Below, one piece after another: positions 27,152 to 36,975 of a stretch of 64,000 nucleotides of DNA. Origin of the DNA: an uncultured Bacteroidota bacterium (GTDB lineage Bacteria; Bacteroidota; Bacteroidia; JABEUT01). The notes under the pieces are model-generated. The model was not told the DNA's origin. It saw only the letters and a list, made by a program, of their open reading frames with translations, and searched no databases. The position numbers and the translations under genes are program-made. The stretch spans positions 19,322-83,321 of the forward strand of contig CAIPDV010000069.1 in NCBI GenBank assembly GCA_903863935.1. Direction: 5' to 3'. How positions within the stretch are numbered: position 1 is the first letter of the stretch; every line of letters begins with the position of its first letter.

Positions 27152-27763
27152 TTACAAGGTAAACGTTTTTGCATAAGCCGAAACTTTTTCCGGAGTGATA
27201 AAAGTCTCAGGTTTTATTCTTCCGATAACCGGGAAGTCGCAAAATGACAGTATCGATCTTTCCGCCATCAGGTTATCTTCTCCGTTATATACAATGCCTA
27301 AGACTTTTAAATTCCGGTCAGCCAGTGCCATGCAGGATAACATCGTATGATTGATACTTCCCAAATAGTTTTGTGAAACAAGAATTACCTCTGCATCCCA
27401 TTGTTCTATCATATCAATCATTAGCTCATTCTCATTGATAGGAACCATTAGTCCGCCTGCACCTTCTATCACTAAAATATTATCAGTTTTTGGTAGTGCA
27501 ATATTTTTTATTTCAATTCTTATACCTTCATCTTCAGCGGCTGCAAAAGGAGAAGCAGGCTTTTTTAAAGAATAAGCTTCAGGATGAATTATGGTTTTTT
27601 TATTGCTGATTAAATTTCGAATTGTATCTGAATCTTTTGGTTCGGAGTCAACACCCGTCTGTATTGGTTTCCAGTAATCTGCTTGTAATGCTTCTGTTAC
27701 AATTGCTGATACCAATGTTTTACCAACCCCCGTACCGATTCCTGTTATGAATATTTTCCTCAT
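27152..27763 (-). CDS. bioD: Dethiobiotin synthetase
   Basis: N-terminal P-loop ITGIGTGVGKT. ~200 aa. Overlaps the upstream bioF by 4 bp, consistent with an operon. Confidence 0.8.
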   Translation of the reverse strand: MRKIFITGIGTGVGKTLVSAIVTEALQADYWKPIQTGVDSEPKDSDTIRNLISNKKTIIHPEAYSLKKPASPFAAAEDEGIRIEIKNIALPKTDNILVIEGAGGLMVPINENELMIDMIEQWDAEVILVSQNYLGSINHTMLSCMALADRNLKVLGIVYNGEDNLMAERSILSFCDFPVIGRIKPETFITPEKVSAYAKTFTL

Positions 27764-28875
27764 TCGCTTGCAATAGTTTCAAATAACAAATCAATTTCCT
27801 CTTTTGTATTATACGAATGCATACAAACCCGGATGCGTTCTTTCCCCTTAGGCACAGTAGGGTTTAGAATAGGCCGCACATCAATATCTTTCTCCTGAAT
27901 CTTGGCGCATAACTCTCGCACTTCATTATTGCCGGGCACAATCAGGCTTTGTATGGAACTTTTGCTTTCGAGCCAATGATGCTTATCAGAACCTTTTATC
28001 TTTTCCTTGAAATAAGAAATATTATCATGCAGTTTTTTTTGAACGGATTCACTTTTTTCAAGCAATTCATGGGCACATTCAATACTAATTAAACTGTGTA
28101 GTGGCAATGCAGTTGTGTATATAAACGATCGTGCAAAATTTACCATGTATTCATTTAAGATTTGCGAACCGAGAACAACAGCACCGTGGCAACCCAATGC
28201 TTTACCGAATGTATGAACACGTGCAAAAATATCTTCTTCCAATTTCAAATGATGAACAATCCCTTTACCGAATACTCCCGTTGCGTGGGCCTCATCAACA
28301 ATCAAATTAGCTTTGTGTAATTTGCACAAATCGGAAATTTCCCGGAGTGGTGCAATGTCTCCATCCATGGAATAAATAGATTCTATTACTACGTACATAT
28401 TGCCGGAGGATTGTTTTAATCTTTCCTCTAAATGTATTATATCATTATGCTTTACCGGAAAACTATCGGCCTTTGAAAGTCTTATTCCGTCGTGAATAGA
28501 GGCATGTACTAATTCATCATATAATATGGAATCCCCTTTTTTTGCTATAGACGAAAGCAATCCAATATTGGCATCATATCCTGAATTGAATAGAAGTGCA
28601 GATTCTGAGTGATAATATTTTGCAAAGTATGCTTCCAATTCTTCGGCTTCCTTTGAATTGCCAGACAGCAGCCTCGACCCGCCGGAGCCAATTTTTTTTT
28701 CACTCTCTGAAATTTTCTCTCCAATCATATTGAAAAGCACCTCCGATTTCGCAAAACCAAGATAATCGTTGGAAGTAAAATCGATGCTTTTTTTAAATAA
28801 CGTTAGTTTACGCAACGAGTTTTGCTCTTGCCTTTTATCTAAAGCTTCTGATAAATCTTTTTCTGCCGGAAACAT
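27760..28875 (-). CDS. bioF: 8-amino-7-oxononanoate synthase (class II PLP aminotransferase)
   Basis: A PLP-lysine region (FGKALGCHGAVV) and overall similarity to BioF/Kbl-type alpha-oxoamine synthases. Coupled to bioD. Confidence 0.7.
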   Translation of the reverse strand: MFPAEKDLSEALDKRQEQNSLRKLTLFKKSIDFTSNDYLGFAKSEVLFNMIGEKISESEKKIGSGGSRLLSGNSKEAEELEAYFAKYYHSESALLFNSGYDANIGLLSSIAKKGDSILYDELVHASIHDGIRLSKADSFPVKHNDIIHLEERLKQSSGNMYVVIESIYSMDGDIAPLREISDLCKLHKANLIVDEAHATGVFGKGIVHHLKLEEDIFARVHTFGKALGCHGAVVLGSQILNEYMVNFARSFIYTTALPLHSLISIECAHELLEKSESVQKKLHDNISYFKEKIKGSDKHHWLESKSSIQSLIVPGNNEVRELCAKIQEKDIDVRPILNPTVPKGKERIRVCMHSYNTKEEIDLLFETIASE

Positions 28876-28914
28876 GCAGCTAAGATAATAAATTACATCA
28901 TGGAAGTTTTAAAT

Positions 28915-29802
28915 TTAAAAATGATAAGCGGAAAAATCTTCTTTAAATTCAGTGTCAGGAATAATGGGATTCAATTGCAACTTGGTATAAAAATACTCTT
29001 CAAAGAATCCCTTATCATCGTATGCTCGGATAACTACCGGTAAATAATTATCCTTTCGTATAAATAATACAGTGGACTTGGCATAAGCACTTGGTAAAAG
29101 GATTTGTTGCCCAATGTCAAGCTCATCATTATACCAGGAAAGATTATTGAGCGTAAGTATTTTGTATTCGCTCAGGTAATATTTTGCGGCCAATTTAGTA
29201 ACCGTCTCGCCTTTTTCTTTTACGGTATAATTGGTAAAAGTATATGAAGAAAAATTTATTTCAATTTTATAACACGCGGCTCCATCCCAAATTGTATCAG
29301 CATCACGCTTAATATACTTGGTATATGCATCGGGAAATTTGGCCAGTGAATGATACATAATGTCGGAAATATAACTAAACCCTAACCTGTTTACGGTTTG
29401 ATGTTGCTCCTTTCGCATCACTTTACCTAATGGGTCAAGATGAAGGTTGACATAAGGAAATCCATTCGGGTTAATGGTGGCTTCATTGTTATTTTGGCCC
29501 TCAAGGTATAATACTTCGACTCCTTTATCCAGATCTTTCGAATAAGATTTTACAGGAGAGGTATTAAGTTTAACCGCATACCGGGTTAATTTGTTTTTCC
29601 CATCTATTCGTTCTAGTGAGGTCATGTTGGTCCGCAATGTTTTCACATTGTTTATCGCTGAAAACATTTTGCTGAAAATATCTTCATTTTTCAAAGCGGC
29701 ATTCTGTCCATAGGAATAAGATGGAGCAATGAAAAGGCTTAATCCTAATCCAATTGTTCTAGTAATTATTTTTATATGTGAGCAAGCAATATTCACATTC
29801 AA
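28915..29802 (-). CDS. Hypothetical secreted protein with a LysM-like segment
   Basis: Signal peptide. Segment TKLAAKYYLSEYKILTLNNLSWYNDELDIGQQILLPS resembles a LysM motif. Confidence 0.35.
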   Translation of the reverse strand: MNVNIACSHIKIITRTIGLGLSLFIAPSYSYGQNAALKNEDIFSKMFSAINNVKTLRTNMTSLERIDGKNKLTRYAVKLNTSPVKSYSKDLDKGVEVLYLEGQNNNEATINPNGFPYVNLHLDPLGKVMRKEQHQTVNRLGFSYISDIMYHSLAKFPDAYTKYIKRDADTIWDGAACYKIEINFSSYTFTNYTVKEKGETVTKLAAKYYLSEYKILTLNNLSWYNDELDIGQQILLPSAYAKSTVLFIRKDNYLPVVIRAYDDKGFFEEYFYTKLQLNPIIPDTEFKEDFSAYHF

Positions 29803-29810
29803 AAATAGGG

Positions 29811-30989
29811 TTATTCAAAAGCAGAAATACCGGTGACATCCATACCGGTTATAAGTAAATGTATATCGTGAGTTCCTTCGTAAGTTATAACCGATTCCAA
29901 ATTCATCATGTGGCGCATAATCGGGTATTCTCCGGTTATTCCCATGCCACCGTGAATCTGCCGCGCTTCCCGTGCAATCTGCAATGCCATATTCACATTG
30001 TTGCGTTTTGCCATAGATATTTGAGCAGGAGTAGCGCGTTTATCATTCATCAGAACACCTAACCTCCAGCAAAGTAATTGGGCTTTGGTAATTTCAGTAA
30101 TCATTTCAGCCAGTTTTTTCTGAGTTAGCTGAAAGCTAGCAATAGGTTTACCAAATTGTATACGTTGTTTAGAATATCGTAATGCTGAATCATAGCAATC
30201 CAATGCAGGGCCTACTGAACCCCATGAAATGCCATACCTAGCCATATTCAAACAGGATAACGGTCCTTTCAGTCCTTTCACTCCGGGGAATACATTTTCC
30301 TTAGGAATCTTAACATTATCAAAGACAAGTTCGCCTGTAGCACTTGCACGCAATGACCATTTACCATGCGTTTCAGGAGTAGTGAATCCTTCCATTCCTC
30401 TTTCCACAATCATTCCGCGAATTACTCCTTCTTCATCTTTTGCCCAAACCACGGCTATATCAGCTATAGGCGAATTTGATATCCACATCTTTGCGCCGTT
30501 CAATAAATAATAAGTTCCTTTATCTTTAATATTACTGACCATGCCATTTGGATTGGAGCCGTGGTCAGGTTCTGTAAGCCCGAAGCAACCAATTTTTTCG
30601 CCAGCCGCAAGCGAAGGAAGCCATTTTCTTTTTTGTTCTTCACTTCCGAAAGCATAGATAGGGTACATTACCAGTGAGCCCTGAACGGAAGCCATAGAAC
30701 GAATTCCCGAATCTCCACGTTCAATTTCCTGCATAATAATTCCGTATGAAATATAGTCGAGTCCGGCACCACCATACTCCTGTGGAATGGTCGGTCCGAA
30801 AGCTCCAATTTCCGCTAAGCCTTTTACAATTTGTTTCGGGAATTCCGATTTCTGACAGGCCTCTTCAATAATCGGACTGATGGATTTTTTTACAAATGTA
30901 CGGGCGGTATCCCTGATCAACTTATGTTCATCAGTAAGTAATTCATCTATTAAATAGTAGTCGTGTCCCTGATAATTATCTGTAGCCAT
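29811..30989 (-). CDS. Acyl-CoA dehydrogenase (glutaryl-CoA dehydrogenase-like)
   Basis: ACAD family features throughout (GCFGLTEPDHGSN, YEGTHDIH near the C-terminus). ~392 aa. Confidence 0.8.
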   Translation of the reverse strand: MATDNYQGHDYYLIDELLTDEHKLIRDTARTFVKKSISPIIEEACQKSEFPKQIVKGLAEIGAFGPTIPQEYGGAGLDYISYGIIMQEIERGDSGIRSMASVQGSLVMYPIYAFGSEEQKRKWLPSLAAGEKIGCFGLTEPDHGSNPNGMVSNIKDKGTYYLLNGAKMWISNSPIADIAVVWAKDEEGVIRGMIVERGMEGFTTPETHGKWSLRASATGELVFDNVKIPKENVFPGVKGLKGPLSCLNMARYGISWGSVGPALDCYDSALRYSKQRIQFGKPIASFQLTQKKLAEMITEITKAQLLCWRLGVLMNDKRATPAQISMAKRNNVNMALQIAREARQIHGGMGITGEYPIMRHMMNLESVITYEGTHDIHLLITGMDVTGISAFE

Positions 30990-31045
30990 TATATATATGT
31001 ATTTCCGTTATGCGGCAAAATTAGCATTAAACTGAGAATCTAAAC

Positions 31046-31825
31046 CTAATTATGGTTATTATCCGCTATAGCATTGGTTAAATCAACAAAATCCTGCCAT
31101 GAAAGCTGTTCAGCCCGTTTATGCCCTATATCTGTTCTTATTTTATGCCCTTCTATCAAGCCTGATAATGCATTGGAAAGTTTTTTCCTGCGCTGGTTAA
31201 AGGCGGTCTTCACTACTTTTTTAAATAAAAGCTCATCACAACCCAAACTTGAATTCGATTTCCTTAATAATTTAATAACTCCTGAATTCACCGCAGGCGG
31301 CGGAATAAAACTTTCCGGAGGCACATCAAAAAGATATTCTGTTTCGTAATAGGCCTGAATAAGCACACTCAAAATACCATAATCACGATTACCTGCCGGA
31401 GAACATATCCGCTTTGCCACTTCTTTTTGAAACATGCCTACAATTTGAACGATCATGTCTTTATGGTCGAGTGCCTTAAAAAGTATTTGCGAAGAAATGT
31501 TGTATGGGAAATTCCCAATTACCGAGATCTTCTCATTTCCAAAATTACTCTCCAGATCAAGTTGTAAAAAATCGCCATAAATAATATTGGGCTTTAATTC
31601 CGGGTAATATGTTTTAAGATATTCAACCGATTCATTATCTACTTCCGATACCCACAAATTTTCACCCCAATCTTTAAGCAGGTATTTTGTAAGGCTGCCC
31701 ATCCCGGGGCCTATTTCAAGGGCCTTTTCTGTGGAGTGTTCAAGTGTACTTGCTATTTTAGCGGCAATATCTTCATCTTTCAGAAAATGCTGGCCCAACC
31801 TTTTTTTAGCACGTACACTACTCAT
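31046..31825 (-). CDS. rsmA: 16S rRNA (adenine1518/1519-N6)-dimethyltransferase
   Basis: The N-terminus KKRLGQHFLKDEDIA plus a SAM-binding LEIGPGMGSLT motif are classic for KsgA/RsmA. Confidence 0.85.
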   Translation of the reverse strand: MSSVRAKKRLGQHFLKDEDIAAKIASTLEHSTEKALEIGPGMGSLTKYLLKDWGENLWVSEVDNESVEYLKTYYPELKPNIIYGDFLQLDLESNFGNEKISVIGNFPYNISSQILFKALDHKDMIVQIVGMFQKEVAKRICSPAGNRDYGILSVLIQAYYETEYLFDVPPESFIPPPAVNSGVIKLLRKSNSSLGCDELLFKKVVKTAFNQRRKKLSNALSGLIEGHKIRTDIGHKRAEQLSWQDFVDLTNAIADNNHN

Positions 31826-31827
31826 AC

Positions 31828-32898
31828 TTATTTGGATGGTTTATAACCGGATTCCTTGTATATTTTGTCTGCACTTTTCATCGCCATCAATTGGGGTAGT
31901 GTAACATCCGGGTTATTTTTCATGTAGGTTCTTACAATCTGCCAGCCAATCCAGAAGCCAGTTCTGGAAGGGGCTAGATCATGATTGAATATGGATGTGA
32001 ACGGCCCGTCTTTCATCAGTTTACCAGTGCTAGCCTGGTCGGTAGAGTACAACAGTTTTTCGCGGATAATGTAAGCCCACATATTGAATTCATTGTCTTT
32101 GCACCACTCCAGCTGTTTTTTTGTATAACGTATCTTAATCGTGTCATTTACTTTGGGTAACATGGCATCCACTGAATACATGATTTTTCCTTCGTGTATT
32201 ATTTCCGCCAAAAGGTCATTCTTATCTTCATTCGGTTTGAAAACACTTTCTATCCAACCATACACTGCATCACTAAGCATGTAATCTTTGGTCATGAATT
32301 GAGCCTTATACCTAGGAATCTGAGCGTAAGTGTAAAGCATGTTATTCCGGCCAAGGTAACGTTCCAATGAAATTCCGAGAGTCGAATCGTAATAAATAAT
32401 TCCATAATCATACCCGCTCATAACAGTAACTACATTGGGTAGTATGTTATTCGGGTAGTAATAGTGATAATGCCTGAAAGCTTCTGTCAAACCATCCTCC
32501 AGAAATCCTACATCAGGATACATTTTTTCGCACGTATCATAGGTATCACGCATATCACGGTCGGTAATAAATCGTCTCAGTCCGGCGGCATAGGTAGAGT
32601 CCATTATGCCTCCATTATTGAGGAATGCTGTAACAAAGTCGGTATAAAAGATTCCGTATTTTTTTTGCATCCTCCGGGTATATTGATTAACGCTGTCTTT
32701 TGGCATTGCAAATATGTCACGTTCCATTCTGCCAATTTTTACCTGCGGAACAATAACTTTTGAAACATCAATATCCAGCGGATTACGATGACAGGATGCA
32801 AAGAAAAAAATTAATACAAATAACCCCAAACCCCTAAAGGGGCTTTTAATAGCACTATTTAAAGCCCCTTTAGGGGTTTGGGGTTGAAATGAATTCAT
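31828..32898 (-). CDS. gldB: Gliding-motility lipoprotein GldB-like
   Basis: Lipobox FFFASC. Downstream region KIGRMERDIFAMPKDS...YTRRMQKKYGIFYTDFV resembles the GldB N-terminal region. Start is ambiguous. The ATG overlaps the pcrA stop (TAATG), but a 64-bp palindrome + T-tract lies inside the first 25 codons. An internal TTG at ~32829 is the alternative start. Confidence 0.5.
   Translation of the reverse strand: MNSFQPQTPKGALNSAIKSPFRGLGLFVLIFFFASCHRNPLDIDVSKVIVPQVKIGRMERDIFAMPKDSVNQYTRRMQKKYGIFYTDFVTAFLNNGGIMDSTYAAGLRRFITDRDMRDTYDTCEKMYPDVGFLEDGLTEAFRHYHYYYPNNILPNVVTVMSGYDYGIIYYDSTLGISLERYLGRNNMLYTYAQIPRYKAQFMTKDYMLSDAVYGWIESVFKPNEDKNDLLAEIIHEGKIMYSVDAMLPKVNDTIKIRYTKKQLEWCKDNEFNMWAYIIREKLLYSTDQASTGKLMKDGPFTSIFNHDLAPSRTGFWIGWQIVRTYMKNNPDVTLPQLMAMKSADKIYKESGYKPSK
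32822..32885. repeat. 64-bp perfect palindrome (25-bp arms AACCCCAAACCCCTAAAGGGGCTTT / AAAGCCCCTTTAGGGGTTTGGGGTT, 14-nt loop) at the pcrA/gldB junction; likely pcrA terminator or an in-frame palindromic insertion
   Basis: Read directly from the sequence. A T-rich tract follows on the minus strand. Each arm also contains a cccc-taaa-gggg mini-hairpin. Confidence 0.6.
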
Positions 32899-35213
32899 TA
32901 TCCAACAATTTTCAATTTAGCAAACTTTAGCAGCAATTGTTTTTTATCTCCGTTGCCGAACATAACCGTTGCTTTACTGTTCGGATAAGAACCTTCTATA
33001 GTTAAAACTTCGCCCTGGCCGAATCGTTCATGTTCAACCCGGTTACCAACTTTCAGTCCGCTTAAATGCGAATTGTCCATTGGTAAAGAAGTTTGAGCAG
33101 CTTTGTTCATGCTCATTAATTTTTTCCCAACAATTGTTGGTGGCGGGGATTTAATAGCTGTTTGTGCAGGTTTTCGGAATGCTGAAGGAGTTCTGGAATA
33201 GACATGTTCACTGGCTTCTTCCCTGAAAGAAACATTGGTAAGGCATTCTGCAGGAATTTCTTCCAGGAAACGGCTTGGCTCGTTGCTTTGAGGGCTTCCA
33301 TAGCGGAAACGATAGATGGCATTCGAAAGTATAAGTTGCTTTTTTGCACGCGTAACGGCAACATAAAAGAGTCTGCGTTCCTCTTCTAACTCCTCCCTTG
33401 AATTCAGTACCATTTGCGATGGAAAAAGATTTTCTTCCATTCCTGCTATATACACGTAATTAAACTCCAGCCCTTTTGCAGCATGGATTGTCATAAGAAG
33501 AACCTTATCACTTTTAGATTTATCTTCTTTGGTCCTATCTTCATTTGTAAGCAGAGCCACATCTTCCATAAACATGCTAAGGCTTGGAATAACGCCTTCA
33601 TCCAATGGTTTCTCCGAAAAGTCTTTCAGTCCGTTGAATAATCCAAGAATGTTTTCGATCCGGTTAACCCCTTCCGGAGTGCGATCCTGTTCCAGTTCGC
33701 GTTTTAGTCCTGTAGTAGCGTAAATATATTCACCCATCTGGTATGCAGTAGATGTGGAAGCCATTGCAGCAAAGCTTTTGATCATATTTACAAACTCGGC
33801 AATCCTTTCGGTAACACGGGGAGAAAGCCCAAGATTAAAATCTTTTATGTTATCCATTACCATCCAAATGCTGATATCATTATCAGCAGCAGCCACAATC
33901 ATTTTATCGAATGTAGTATCGCCAATTTCACGTTTCGGATAGTTGATAACCCTTCTCAAAGCCTCTTCGTCATGTTGATTGATAGCTAAACGGAAATAGG
34001 CCAGCAAGTCCTTAATTTCCTTACGCTGATAGAATGAAAGTCCGCCATAAATACGGTAAGGGATATTGAGTTTTATCAACGCCTCCTCAATGGAACGTGA
34101 TTGTGCATTGGTTCGGTATAGTATTGCAAACTCACTATTGGCAGCTTGTTTGGTAGCTTTGAAATTAAAAATAGATTGAGCTATAACTCTTCCTTCGTCA
34201 GTATCGCGTTCAGCACGCATCAGCTGGATCTTTTCGCCTTCACCGTTTGATGTCCAAACGGTTTTTTGCAACTGGTCACGGTTTTTAGAGATAACTAAAT
34301 TGGCAGCGTGTACCAGAGTTTTGGTAGAACGGTAATTCTGTTCCAGTTTAAAAACCTGGGTATCGGGGTAGTGCTTCTGGAAGTTTAAAATGTTCTGAAT
34401 ATTCGCTCCGCGGAAGGCATAAATACTTTGTGCATCATCACCCACAACAGCTATGTTTTGGTGGCGTGCAGCAAGCTGGCGCAGAATCATATACTGTGAA
34501 AAGTTGGTATCCTGGTATTCATCCACCAATATGTAACGGAACATGTCCTGGTATTTTAACAGCACTTCAGGATGATCACGGAGCAACATATTTGTCTGGA
34601 ACAAAAGGTCGTCAAAATCCATGGCACCGGCTTTGAAAAGCCTTTTATTGTAGGTGAGAAAAATATGTGCGAAATGCTCCCTGCGGGCTGCCCTGTCATC
34701 ACTCATATATTGTGCATCGTTCACATATGCTTCTGCTGAAATGAGCATGTTTTTCATACTCGAAATACGACCCAATATGGTTGATGCCTTGTAGGTAGAA
34801 TCATTCAATCCTAATTCCTTGGTAATACTTTTTATCAAGCCCTTGGAATCATCCGTATCGTAAATGGTAAAGTTCTGAGGGTATCCTATTTTTTCAGCTT
34901 CTTTGCGCAATAAGCGTGCAAATACCGAGTGAAAAGTACCCATCCAGAGATTACGGGCATCGCCACCAATAAGCTCAATGATACGCTCTTTCATTTCGGC
35001 GGCGGCCTTATTTGTAAAGGTTAGCGAAAGCACCCTGAAAGGATCAACACCTTGTTTAAGCAGGTAGGCAATCCGATAGGTAAGCACCCTTGTTTTGCCT
35101 GAACCGGCACCTGCAATAATCATTACAGGGCCTTCGGTGGCTTCTACCGCTTTGCGTTGTTCCTCGTTAAGTTCATCTAAAAAATTATCTATCCTCGATT
35201 CCATAGCTTGCAA
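32898..35213 (-). CDS. UvrD/PcrA/Rep-family ATP-dependent DNA helicase
   Basis: Walker A GAGSGKT near the N-terminus. Helicase motifs DEYQDTN, VGDDAQSIYAFRGA, and a C-terminal motif VI region (VTRAK). Confidence 0.8.
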   Translation of the reverse strand: MQAMESRIDNFLDELNEEQRKAVEATEGPVMIIAGAGSGKTRVLTYRIAYLLKQGVDPFRVLSLTFTNKAAAEMKERIIELIGGDARNLWMGTFHSVFARLLRKEAEKIGYPQNFTIYDTDDSKGLIKSITKELGLNDSTYKASTILGRISSMKNMLISAEAYVNDAQYMSDDRAARREHFAHIFLTYNKRLFKAGAMDFDDLLFQTNMLLRDHPEVLLKYQDMFRYILVDEYQDTNFSQYMILRQLAARHQNIAVVGDDAQSIYAFRGANIQNILNFQKHYPDTQVFKLEQNYRSTKTLVHAANLVISKNRDQLQKTVWTSNGEGEKIQLMRAERDTDEGRVIAQSIFNFKATKQAANSEFAILYRTNAQSRSIEEALIKLNIPYRIYGGLSFYQRKEIKDLLAYFRLAINQHDEEALRRVINYPKREIGDTTFDKMIVAAADNDISIWMVMDNIKDFNLGLSPRVTERIAEFVNMIKSFAAMASTSTAYQMGEYIYATTGLKRELEQDRTPEGVNRIENILGLFNGLKDFSEKPLDEGVIPSLSMFMEDVALLTNEDRTKEDKSKSDKVLLMTIHAAKGLEFNYVYIAGMEENLFPSQMVLNSREELEEERRLFYVAVTRAKKQLILSNAIYRFRYGSPQSNEPSRFLEEIPAECLTNVSFREEASEHVYSRTPSAFRKPAQTAIKSPPPTIVGKKLMSMNKAAQTSLPMDNSHLSGLKVGNRVEHERFGQGEVLTIEGSYPNSKATVMFGNGDKKQLLLKFAKLKIVG

Positions 35214-35413
35214 AGTTACTCCTATTGGGTCAGACCATAAGCCCTGTTAATAATTTTTGAAAAGAGTTTATTCTGATCTTGTACACTTATTCAGTAAATA
35301 TTGGCATATGCTGTAACAAAACCGTGAATCATGTAATTTTCATAGACACAAATATAACACGGAATGAGTGGCCTCTGGCGACTTTTGTAACGAACAAATT
35401 AATTCCCTACAAA

Positions 35414-35587
35414 ATGAAAAAACTAATATTTATGCTATGCTTATTTGTTGCAGTATCAATGCAAAGTTGTGTAGCTTATGTTCACCCGATGGGTGATGGA
35501 AGAGGGCGTGGAGGAGAACATCATGATGAAGGACACCATGATAATGGACATCATGAAGGGAATGAACATCATGATGATCATCATTGA
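35414..35587 (+). CDS. Small His-rich lipoprotein (57 aa): MKKLIFMLCLFVAVSMQSCVAYVHPMGDGRGRGGEHHDEGHHDNGHHEGNEHHDDHH
   Basis: Lipoprotein signal with SC lipobox, RGRGG motif, then a 30-residue tail that is >40% His with acidic residues. The ORF track gives a longer frame (35279..35587); the internal ATG fits a signal peptide. Confidence 0.4.
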   Translation: MKKLIFMLCLFVAVSMQSCVAYVHPMGDGRGRGGEHHDEGHHDNGHHEGNEHHDDHH

Positions 35588-35660
35588 AAGTGCACATAAG
35601 TAGATTCCCATATCCGTTAATAATTGTAAGAGGTTAAATAATAAATAAAATAAAATCAGT

Positions 35661-35780
35661 ATGAAAAGGTTACTTCTTGGGCTATGCCTATTATCAATGC
35701 TTTCAATGGAAGGTTGTTTTGTAAGAGGGCGGGGATGGCATGAACATCACGGCGGCGGAGGCCATCATGAAAGGCACTAG
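35661..35780 (+). CDS. Second small His-rich lipoprotein (39 aa): MKRLLLGLCLLSMLSMEGCFVRGRGWHEHHGGGGHHERH
   Basis: Hand-translated, below the ORF-track cutoff. Same architecture (signal + Cys lipobox + RGRG + His-rich tail) as the adjacent gene. Confidence 0.35.
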   Translation: MKRLLLGLCLLSMLSMEGCFVRGRGWHEHHGGGGHHERH

Positions 35781-35786
35781 GATTTT

Positions 35787-36887
35787 TTAGCTGGCGGTTT
35801 TCTGAACCCTCCATTGATGGAGTACAAAAATGGTAGAGGCAAAAAGCAGAAATGCTCCAGTTTGATGTAGCACGCCAAGTACAACCGGCACAGTGTAAAC
35901 AAGTGTAAATACGCCTAAAAAGAATTGCACCAACACCATACCAATAAGAAATTTAATACCGTGAGATTGGGTTGGTAAAAGTTGAAGTTTTAATGATTTG
36001 AACCAAATAACTATTACCAGCAAAACAACCAGATATGCATTGTAGCGATGTATAAATTGAACACCAACAAGACCATCTATAAAGTTGCGCCAGATTGGGG
36101 AGATGGCTGTAACCTCCGGAGCAATCCAGTTTTCGCCCATTTTAGGCCAGGTGGGATAAACCTGTCCTGCATGGAGGCCTGAGGTAAAGGCTCCATAAAC
36201 AATTTGTATTACCACAAGTATCAACAATGCCCAATTCCATTTTCGTACTATTTCGAATTTTCTATGGACTACCTGAAGGGTCATAGTGCTTTTATCTGTT
36301 ACCGGATACATTAAATCAAGTGCCACCCAAAAGCTATACCCAAATGTGATGAACGCAGTTATTAAATGTGCGGCCAAAAAATAATGACTTACGTGAGGCA
36401 CATCCTGCAACCCGCTCGCCACCATATACCAGCCAATTATACCCTGTACTCCTCCCAAGGCAAATATGATGAGTGTTTTCCATATTAAAGAACCTTTCAA
36501 CCAACCTTTAATTATAAAAAACGCAAATGGAATAAGAAATACCATCCCAATAGAACGACCAATTAGACGGTGAATAAACTCCCACCAATAGATATGTTTG
36601 TAATCTTCTAAGGTAAAGTTGCTGTTTACTTGCTTGTATTCGGGAGTTTGTTTGTAATCATTGAAGTCTGAATTCCATTCTTCATCGGTATGCGGAGGAA
36701 TAACGCTCGATATTTTCCACTTAGCCATGGAGAGGCCGGAGTGGGTAAGGCGGGTAATTCCGCCAACTACAACCATTCCCCATATTAGCAGGCAACCTGC
36801 CAATAGCCATATTATAATAGGTTTGGAATGATTCATGGGTATAATTTTATGCAAATGTAAAGAAAGAAGAAATGTTAAGAATGACAA
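35787..36887 (-). CDS. Heme A synthase (CtaA/COX15-like) integral membrane protein
   Basis: Eight predicted TM helices with conserved His residues in helix pairs (HRLIG, HLITA). Typical size. Confidence 0.5.
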   Translation of the reverse strand: MSFLTFLLSLHLHKIIPMNHSKPIIIWLLAGCLLIWGMVVVGGITRLTHSGLSMAKWKISSVIPPHTDEEWNSDFNDYKQTPEYKQVNSNFTLEDYKHIYWWEFIHRLIGRSIGMVFLIPFAFFIIKGWLKGSLIWKTLIIFALGGVQGIIGWYMVASGLQDVPHVSHYFLAAHLITAFITFGYSFWVALDLMYPVTDKSTMTLQVVHRKFEIVRKWNWALLILVVIQIVYGAFTSGLHAGQVYPTWPKMGENWIAPEVTAISPIWRNFIDGLVGVQFIHRYNAYLVVLLVIVIWFKSLKLQLLPTQSHGIKFLIGMVLVQFFLGVFTLVYTVPVVLGVLHQTGAFLLFASTIFVLHQWRVQKTAS

Positions 36888-36975
36888 CTGTCATATTCCA
36901 TACACGGCAAAAGACTGTGAATTGTATAAAATAGATGTTTTCGGACAAGCTAATCCCATCAGGATGGTTGTCTTT

